This document shows positions 24,001 to 32,156 of a stretch of DNA of 32,156 bases, piece by piece. Source of the stretch: Octopus bimaculoides (taxonomy: Eukaryota). The DNA lies in NCBI RefSeq assembly GCF_001194135.2, contig NC_069005.1:2427302-2459457 (forward strand), given 5' to 3'. A model generated the notes under the pieces. The model saw only the letters and a list, made by a program, of their open reading frames with translations, was not told where the DNA came from and made no database searches. A program made the translations under genes and the position numbers. Positions within the stretch are counted from its first letter, which is position 1, and every line of letters begins with the position of its first letter.

Positions 24001-24228
24001 CGCGTGCATATATCTACTGCCATATATTCAGGTGCACAGTTGCACTCCCTTGCATCTCGTGTATTGTATAAGGATATAAACACTAGAAAGAACAGTATAT
24101 ATATACATATGTACACACACACATACACACACAGATATATATATATATGCATGTATGCTTGGCTGTGTTCGATATACTTTCCTCTGTCTGTCTCTCTATG
24201 TCTCTATGTATGTATGTATGTATGTATG

Positions 24229-24274
<46 letters not shown>

Positions 24275-24589
24275 TATTTGTTAACGGTTATATTTAATAC
24301 CTTTCTCGTTGTATTGCGTGTTCGTTTCTTTTTTACCATCCGTGATTTCGTTTTTGATCTTCTATGTAAATGAAGATATTTCTTCCGTCTTGTTGCTTTT
24401 CCTTCCGCAAAAAATAAGAGGATACATTTCAGAGCTGTTATTTTAGCGAATTGTGTCTATTTATCACCCGATAAGACACATCTACACTGCCGGATGCTCC
24501 TGAACCTGTTGGTGCGTGTCCAACCCTTGAGGGATCAATGCTAAATGTGTCGAACGCCTGTAAACCTTTTATATTTTCTCTCTCTCTTT

Positions 24590-24724
24590 AATTCTCCGTT
24601 CCTTTCTGTCGAAGAGCGTAGGCTCGAAACGTAAAAGACTTTCTTCCCGAGCGTTAAACTAATACATGTTTGTTGTTTATACACCCGTCTTCGTCTTTTG
24701 TTTTTTTTCGTAAATTCTCACTAT
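24590..24724 (+). mobile_element. Repeat family C copy 3 (best-preserved hammerhead-like motif)
   Basis: CTTT-CTGTCGAA-GAGC-GTAG-GCTC-GAAACGTA-AAAG at 24602-24637. Confidence 0.8.
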
Positions 24725-24771
24725 GTATTTATATAGATATGTATATATATATGTATACATATATATATATA

Positions 24772-24813
<42 letters not shown>

Positions 24814-25368
24814 ACTGTGTGTATGCATGTGTATATATGCGTGAGCAAGTATATAGACCGAAGATCTAAGGTAGGCATATACATAAACCTAGATACAAAA
24901 GCATATATTATGTCTACATGATACATATACACGCATTTATACAGGCTGATGAACAGGCGCACGCACACACACACACACACACACACGTACACAAGCACAA
25001 ACACTCACACACACATACACGCAAGAACACACAGAGGACTATAATCGTGTAGAAGCTATCAAAATACATTTTTTGTTTTGTCATTACTAACTCAAGTACT
25101 GCTGTTGTTGTTGTTGTTGTTGCTGTGTTGTTTGTTGTTTCTGGCAAAGAACCAACCGAGTGAAACACCGAGAGAAATGGTTCACTAAAACACGCATTTT
25201 AAACACCCTTGTCAGAGAAAACATTAGAAGATAAAAAAAAAATTTGAAGTATAAAACAGCAAAAATACATACCACATATGTGTGTACGGGTATACCTCCA
25301 TCCATCCATCCAACCATCCATCCATCCATCCATCCATCCATCAATCAGTCTACACACATTTCACTCAT

Positions 25369-25525
25369 CTTTACGTTTTGAGTTCAAATTCCGCCGTGGT
25401 CCACTTTGCCTTTCATCCTTTCGGGGTCGATAAAAGAAGTACCGGTTGAACACTCTGGTCAATATAAAGTACTTACCACATGCTCCAAAATGTTTAGTCT
25501 TGCAGCAAAATCTAAAAGGAGTATT
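25369..25525 (+). mobile_element. SINE family A, 5'-truncated, plus strand
   Basis: TTTACGTTTTGAGTTCAAATTCCGCCGTGGTCCACTTTGCCTTTCATCCTTTCGGGGTCGATAAAAGAAGTACC. Confidence 0.85.
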
Positions 25526-25534
25526 TATTTGTTA

Positions 25535-25740
25535 CATAGAAACAAAGTTTCAAATTTTTAGGAGAGAACAATCGATTATATCAACCCTTGTGCTTGAATG
25601 GTACTGTATTATATCGACTCCTTGAGGACGAAAGGCGAATTCGACCCCGGTGTGATTTCAACTTAGAATATAAACAGTCGGAAAAAATCCCACTAAGCAT
25701 TTTGTCCGACGTAGATTCATTCTACCATCTCGCCACCTTA
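25535..25740 (-). mobile_element. SINE family A, degraded full length
   Basis: ATCGATTATATCAACCC ... GAAAGGCGAATTCGACCCCGG ... CTAAGCATTTTGTCCG ... ATTCTACCATCTCGCCACCTT. Confidence 0.75.
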
Positions 25741-25747
25741 ATGGCGT

Positions 25748-25925
25748 CAAATGTTGAAACAAGACGAGCAATTTTATCCGGGGTGGTTATTTGATTATAT
25801 CGACCCCCAGTACTAAACTGGTACTTATTTTATCGACCCCGAAATGATGTGAAGCAAGGCTGAGGCGAGCAGAATTTGATCTCCAGATGTCAAGAACCAG
25901 AAGAAATACTACAGTGTTTTTTTTA
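25748..25925 (-). mobile_element. SINE family A, degraded
   Basis: GATTATATCGACCCCCAGTACTAAACTGGTACTTATTTTATCGACCCCGAAATGATG. Confidence 0.75.
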
Positions 25926-25977
25926 CCGAAGTTGTGTAGGTTTTTTGTCAATTCACAACCGAAATTAGGGGATACGA

Positions 25978-26120
25978 TTCCAGGCATTTGTTTGCTGATT
26001 GCGAGGGGGACGGAACTAACAATTCATTCTACCCCAGTACTTGACTGGTACTTCATGTTGTCAACCACGGAGTTATGAAAGGAAAATTTGGCCTTTAACG
26101 AGATCTGAACACAGAACTTA
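25978..26120 (-). mobile_element. SINE family A, highly degraded
   Basis: ACCCCAGTACTTGACTGGTACTT ... ATGAAAGGAAAA ... AGATCTGAACACAGAAC. Confidence 0.55.
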
Positions 26121-26441
26121 ATACATCGTATCTACATAACTCTAGATTTTCACCTCACATGTAAAAAGACTAAAAATAAGAAACGAGAAAAAAACTCAGT
26201 TAAGTTACAATGAAAATATCAAAAACAATAATTTTTTGTACATTATAATGGCGTTCTTTTTGTATTTTCGTTTTTACTTTCCTTCCTTTTTTTTCGTTGT
26301 TTTTTTCTTTTCTTTTGGTGTTAACCAAATGGCAAACCATGACAGAACATTGAAAATCAATTTGTTACCATTGGCTCTTGTATGTGCTGAACTATTTCCG
26401 ATAATAAAATTAACGCTACCAACACCACCACCACCACCACC

Positions 26442-26473
<32 letters not shown>

Positions 26474-26669
26474 CAATAACAACAGCAATAACAACAACAG
26501 CAGCAGCAGCATTACCATTCTGCCATGCATCTAATTTCAGTTACCATCATACAAGTTCTATGCTGTCTGCGAGTTAGAACGATGTGGTGCCGAAGATGGC
26601 AGTTCTTTGTAAAACCAATTTAAATCGGTTTCTGTTTTCCATGTGACAGTTCTTTACAGTATTTCCCTT

Positions 26670-27040
26670 GTTGTTGTTGTGGTAGAGGTCTGAAGGTCAA
26701 GGATGACTAAACATGCCAAAGGTCAAAAATATTCCGTCCGTGACCATCCTGTATCCCTTATCAAAATCTTCATTTTGTCCGATGTGTCCTTTTTTCAAAG
26801 AATATATTGTTCAATTTGTGAAAGATTTGGCTGCTATTTCTTGCAGATCAGCGAACTGCATACATGCCGTGGTTGTTGTGGAGCTGAAGGTCCTCATTAA
26901 GTAGAAATTTATTCCAACCGTGACCATCCTGTATTCTGTATGTCAAATGTTCAGTTTTTTTCCGATGTTTGAGAGATTTGGCGCGATTTGTGAGAGATTT
27001 GGCTGCTATATCTTGCAACCGGTCGAACTGCATATCGGCC
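26670..27040. repeat. Two tandem diverged units of about 175-180 bp
   Basis: CCGTGACCATCCTGTAT at 26738 and 26918; GATTTGGCTGCTAT at 26824 and 26996; CGAACTGCATA in both units. Confidence 0.8.
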
Positions 27041-27104
27041 TTTGCTGTTTATGCTGTTTTTGTTGTTGTTGTTGTTGTTGTTGCTGTGCTGTTGCTAAAT
27101 TATA

Positions 27105-27461
27105 TTATCCCGACCTTCGTTAAGGCGTAGGTATTGTTTTCAGTCGTGTTTGTTTGTTTGTTCGTGGACAAGATATCTCAAGAACCGCTGGATGGATTCG
27201 GATGAAACTTTCAGGGATGTTTGGCTTCGTGACTGGCACGAACTGGTTAGATTTTGAAATCGATCCAGTACCGGACAAGGATTCTGGACTATTTTTCCTC
27301 TTTTTTACTTTATTTTTGAGAGCGGTCGGGTTCATTTTTCGTTTGTGAGAGTAGCCGATTCTATTTCAGATATTCTCATTTTAAAAATCATCTCTGGCTA
27401 ATCGTTGAGAGGACGTTGGTGTTGCCTTGGCAGAGGTTTGCGCTCTCTGAGTGCTCCTGTT
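27105..27461 (+). mobile_element. Non-autonomous Helentron-type element (HINE/DINE-1-like architecture)
   Basis: Subterminal inverted repeats CCTTCGTTAAGGC (27114-27126) and GCCTTGGCAGAGG (27424-27436; 9/13 match), internal (GTTT)n near the 5' end, 3' hairpin GCGCTC-TCT-GAGTGC (27440-27454), and TT at both ends. Confidence 0.7.
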
Positions 27462-27484
27462 ATGTTCGTAATAGTGTTGAGTGT

Positions 27485-27557
27485 TGCGGCATTTCCTTCT
27501 CAGTTCAAATTCCGCTTCACTTTTTATCCTTTCGGAGCCAATAAAATAAGTACCAGC
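27485..27557 (+). mobile_element. SINE family A internal fragment
   Basis: TCAGTTCAAATTCCGC...TTTTTATCCTTTCGGAGCCAATAAAATAAGTACCAG. Confidence 0.65.
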
Positions 27558-28098
27558 CTTAAAATTCGTCGCCTTATTCCAGAATTTGAATCCTATATAA
27601 AGAAGCAGCAATCCAGAAAAACCGTGAGGCCGCATAAAAGCGTGCTTCTTAGATTGAGAAGGACATACAAGGAAATAACTGCATTACTTGGCGACTACAG
27701 CANNNNNNNNNNNNNNNNNNNNNNNNNNNNNNNNNNNNNNNNNNNNNNNNNNNNNNNNNNNNNNNNNNNNNNNNNNNNNNNNNNNNNNNNNNNNNNNNNN
27801 NNNNNNNNNNNNNNNNNNNNNNNNNNNNNNNNNNNNNNNNNNNNNNNNNNNNNNNNNNNNNNNNNNNNNNNNNNNNNNNNNNNNNNNNNNNNNNNNNNNN
27901 NNNNNNNNNNNNNNNNNNNNNNNNNNNNNNNNNNNNNNNNNNNNNNNNNNNNNNNNNNNNNNNNNNNNNNNNNNNNNNNNNNNNNNNNNNNNNNNNNNNN
28001 NNNNNNNNNNNNNNNNNNNNNNNNNNNNNNNNNNNNNNNNNNNNNNNNNNNNNNNNNNNNNNNNNNNNNNNNNNNNNNNNNNNNNNNNNNNNNNNNNN

Positions 28099-28148
<50 letters not shown>

Positions 28149-28260
28149 TTAAGTTCTAGTTTGTGTTTATTATTATTTTACGAGTGTTAGTTCTTGCATT
28201 ATACATATGTACTGGGACATCGCCATCAAATGTTTTCGTCTCGCACTCATAATATTGCTT

Positions 28261-28445
28261 TTAAGTTTTGGCACAGTGCTAGCAATTTCGGGTGAGGTGT
28301 AGGTCGAGTAGATCAACCTCAGTGCTCCACTGGTGCTTGTTTTATCGATCTCGAAAGAATGAATCGCAAATTGGACACCTGCTGAAGAAATGTCGCAAAG
28401 GTTCTTTGTCCAGTGTGCTAACCATTCTGCTCGATTGCCATCTTT
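28261..28445 (-). mobile_element. SINE family A, degraded
   Basis: TTTTGGCACAGTGCTAGCAATTT ... CACTGGTGCTTGTTTTATCGATCTCGAAAGAATGAA ... GTGCTAACCATTCTGC. Confidence 0.75.
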
Positions 28446-28455
28446 ATGATTTCTT

Positions 28456-28595
28456 TTAGTTTTGGCACCAGGCCGGCAATGTTGATGGTGGGTACATAGG
28501 AAAATACCAGTAAATAAACTTATATGCTAAAACCGGAAGAAATGCTGCTATACATTTGATCGACGCACCAAACATTCTGCCAGCTTGCTGCCTTT
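28456..28595 (-). mobile_element. SINE family A, internally deleted
   Basis: TTTTGGCACCAGGCCGGCAAT ... GAAATGCTGCTA ... CATTCTGCCAGCTTGCTGCCTT. Confidence 0.6.
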
Positions 28596-28609
28596 ATTAT
28601 TCTTACTCA

Positions 28610-29055
28610 TTCTGACACAAGACCAGAGTTTTGAGGGAGCGTGATTGTCATTTATATCGGCCCCAGGGGGTACTTATATTACACTGGTACTCATATTATT
28701 TTCTACTATAGGCACAAGGCCCAAAAGTTTGGGGGAGTGGGGGCCAGTCGATTAGATCGACGCCAGTACTAATACTTAATTTATCGACCCCGAAAATATG
28801 AAAGGCAAAGTCGACCTCGGCGGAATTTGAACTCATAATGTAAAGACAGACGAAATACCGCTAAGCATTTCGCCCTGCGTGCTAACATCTGGTACTCATA
28901 TTACTGTGGTATTTATGTTACCGTGGTACTTATATTACTGTGGTATTTATGGTACTGACCCCAAAAAGATGAGTGGCAATGTCGACCTCAGTGGAAATGC
29001 AACACCGAGAGTAAATATCCGGAATAAATGCCGTTACGGACTTTGTTCTACATGC
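28610..29055 (-). mobile_element. Older family-A SINE split by a nested insertion (halves 28610-28698 and 28889-29055)
   Basis: Left half carries the 3' end (GACACAAGACCAG...ATATCGGCCCCAG). Right half resumes with GACCCCAAAAAGATGAGTGGCAATGTCGACCTCAGTGGAA. Confidence 0.65.
28699..28888 (-). mobile_element. Well-preserved family-A SINE with 15-bp target-site duplication
   Basis: Close to the family consensus inferred from the other copies; flanked by CTGGTACTCATATTA at 28684-28698 and 28889-28903. Confidence 0.88.
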
Positions 29056-29365
29056 AAATCGTTGTTAGTTCGCCGCCATAGAGACATAGCTAAAATATGG
29101 AGCGAAGGAAGAGAGAGAGAGAGACACACAAAGAGACGGACATAGATCACGCTGCAGCGTTCAATACAACAATGATGATGATGATGATGATGGCTGTCTT
29201 AATTAAATTATGACTGCACTTGTCTAATTATAGAAATTTTTACGAAATTATGTCTGTTTTTGGCGACAAAAGTCAGAGCGAATGATTTTGTTTGATCTTC
29301 AGCAACGTGCTGTCAACGTCGCTAACGGCTTCGTGATGGACTACATTTGCACAGACAGACACACA

Positions 29366-29429
<64 letters not shown>

Positions 29430-29631
29430 NNNNNNNNNNNNNNNNNNNNNNNNNNNNNNNNNNNNNNNNNNNNNNNNNNNNNNNNNNNNNNNNNNNNNNN
29501 NNNNNNNNNNNNNNNNNNNNNNNNNNNNNNNNNNNNNNNNNNNNNNNNNNNNNNNNNNNNNNNNNNNNNNNNNNNNNNNNNNNNNNNNNNNNNNNNNNNN
29601 NNNNNNNNNNNNNNNNNNNNNNNNNNNNNNN

Positions 29632-29687
<56 letters not shown>

Positions 29688-30689
29688 GATGTATGTGTGT
29701 GTGGATGTATGTGTGTGTGTGTGTATGTATGTGTGTGTGTGTGCATGTGTTTATGACTTGTGATCTTTGCTTCTTTGTGTATCCATATGTACACATGTGA
29801 GAGTGCACGTGTGTGCGTGCATGAGCGTGTGTGCGCGTATGAACGTGTGTGCGCGTGTGTGTACGGGCGCACACGAGGATGCCTGTATGTAGGTAATAGC
29901 GTTCTTTTTGCTTAAACTTTAAAAATTTTGTTCGTTTTTTGTAATTGTGAAATTTTGTCGCCATGAACGGTTTGTGTTTTTAAACGGAATGTATTTTTTC
30001 TGATGTTATATCTGTTCCTGAATGATGTGTAAAGAAATTTTGATTTAAGCATCTTAATGAATTCTTTATACTGAAATATATATTGAAGAAGATAAATATG
30101 TTCTTTTGAATTTATACGTTTTAGCGTCGTAACTCCTTTATTATTATTAATATATTTATATATATATATATATATATGTATACTTCATGCATAAATACGT
30201 ATGTATATACATACATATATACATACATATATACATACATATATACATACATACATACATACATACATACATACGTAAATGCACACACACACATATATAT
30301 ACAGCACGTGCGCGCACACACAAACACAACCACACACACACACACACACGTATATGTATATATCGATCGGAGAAGTCGACTCATAATGCAGTAAGATTAC
30401 TTTTTAAGTAATTTCACATCGAGAAACCGTTCGAGTTTGGTCATCCCACACCGGCCACAAGCCAGTCTCCTCGTAACAGCTTGACCATCTAGATTTTGGG
30501 ACCTACAAAGTGCACTGGCTGACCCACTTATTCTGCTACACAAGGTCTACGAGAGAACATGCTGGATATCACTTTGATAGACTGGGGGCCCCTCCGTGGT
30601 TACGTTTGTAGTCCTGCACTTGAAAAGCTGACACGACCAACTTCTTCATGCATTCTTTTTACTGTCTGTTCAGGTGAGCGGCCTATTGT

Positions 30690-30910
30690 TCGCTGCCAAT
30701 CAGCACTAGTATGGATTTCTTTATGTCTCCGTAACCTAGCAGTGCGAGCAAAGAAACCGATGTAATAAGTATCACGTTACACTTATTAAAACACACACTA
30801 AAAAAACAAAACGCAAGTACTACTTTCAATTCGTTCCACATAAAGTCTCCTTCCAGATGGTGCCCCAGCGTGGCCGCATTGTAATGACTGAAACAACAAA
30901 TAGAAGATAA
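30690..30910 (+). mobile_element. SINE family B, degraded 3' portion
   Basis: Homologous to the reverse complement of 3721-3903 (CCGTAACCTAGC; GGTGCCCCAGCGTGGCCGCA; AATGACTGAAACAA). Confidence 0.65.
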
Positions 30911-31063
30911 ATGATTCTTTCTATTTCAAACTGCAGTTAAGTGTCCCATAATCGACCGGGCTACACGGCAGCAAGTTTACCATTGTTTGTTTGCCACAGA
31001 ACTTTAGTTGAAGCCAATTTCTGAACTTGAGAACGAAACACCGATTTATCTTGTAATTTCTCA

Positions 31064-31116
<53 letters not shown>

Positions 31117-31118
31117 AT
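31064..31118. repeat. (TAG)n microsatellite
   Basis: Directly visible. Confidence 0.95.
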
Positions 31119-31249
31119 AGTTGAAATGGTAGGAGTGGTAGTAGTAGCAGAAATAACAGTTAAGCGAACTTCTTAGCCACAAAGGCGTACACACATTCAT
31201 ACACACGCACACTCTCCCACTCATACATATTCTCTCTCTCTCGCACACA

Positions 31250-31290
<41 letters not shown>

Positions 31291-31678
31291 CACCCGCCCC
31301 ACACATATATACACACATACACACACATACACGCGCACACATAAACACACGCTCACACACGGACACACAAGCACTTACACATACGCACATAAACACAGAC
31401 AGACACGCATACACCACATACACAATGTATATACACNNNNNNNNNNNNNNNNNNNNNNNNNNNNNNNNNNNNNNNNNNNNNNNNNNNNNNNNNNNNNNNN
31501 NNNNNNNNNNNNNNNNNNNNNNNNNNNNNNNNNNNNNNNNNNNNNNNNNNNNNNNNNNNNNNNNNNNNNNNNNNNNNNNNNNNNNNNNNNNNNNNNNNNN
31601 NNNNNNNNNNNNNNNNNNNNNNNNNNNNNNNNNNNNNNNNNNNNNNNNNNNNNNNNNNNNNNNNNNNNNNNNNNNNNN

Positions 31679-31790
31679 CTCTCTCTTTCTCCCTCTCTCT
31701 TTCTCCCTCTCTCTTTCTCCCTCTCTCTTTCTCCCTCTCTCTTTCTCCCTCTCTCTTTCTCCCTCTCTCTTTCTCCCTCTCTCTTTCTCT
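31679..31790. repeat. 14-bp minisatellite (CTCTCTCTTTCTCC) x about 8
   Basis: Seven perfect units plus one variant, starting at the gap edge. Confidence 0.9.
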
Positions 31791-32116
31791 CTCTCTCTCT
31801 CTATCTCCACCTCTCTCTATATCTCTCCTAAGCTCTGCCTCACTCGTTCACCTTCAACTCCTTTGTGATACAAATCACTAGTATACTTGCCAACTTGTAT
31901 TTTAGTAGACATATAAACGTGGATATCATTCAACACATGCTGACTCCACAAACAGACAGACACTTAAAAGAAATATTTATGTAAACATGTTGTAAACACA
32001 GAAAGTGTATACAGAAAGATAGACCAACAACAATAATATTCACGTATGCATGCCTGGAGGCCATTTCCATTCACACTCAAAATGCACAGTCTATCGATGT
32101 GTACTTATATACGTGC

Positions 32117-32156
<40 letters not shown>

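Noticed and set aside
28261-29055. Regularly recurring ~190-bp-spaced motifs suggesting a CRISPR-like array
   Set aside because: Units are diverged SINE copies of variable length, not identical repeats with unique spacers; eukaryotic context and no cas genes.
30545-30673. 129-nt open segment ending in strong donor CAG|GTGAGC
   Set aside because: Weak acceptor, unrecognisable peptide and adjacent to a decayed SINE; insufficient support for an exon.

Overview
AT-rich eukaryotic (animal) genomic DNA from a short-read draft assembly. There are about 14 N-gaps, most flanked by (TA)n, (CA)n or (GA)n runs, and very dense micro/minisatellites. The repeat families resemble those I recall from octopus genomes (inference, not a database result). 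No complete host protein-coding gene, rRNA, tRNA or CRISPR array is supported, and nearly all ORFs in the track are microsatellite or gap artefacts. Supported content: about 15 copies or fragments of one tRNA-derived SINE (family A, mostly minus strand, including one nested insertion with a perfect 15-bp TSD); 4 fragments of a second tRNA-headed SINE (family B); a decayed DD37D (maT-type) Tc1/mariner transposase 3' half; a mariner-derived MITE; a Helentron-type non-autonomous element (HINE-like); and an uninterrupted 116-codon frame with three non-canonically linked C2H2 fingers, probably an RTE-type LINE C-terminus. The most striking signal is a short repeat (family C, 3 copies) whose invariant 26-nt core maps onto a minimal type-I hammerhead ribozyme with a variant catalytic core. 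A second, different hammerhead-like motif lies near 1.9 kb.
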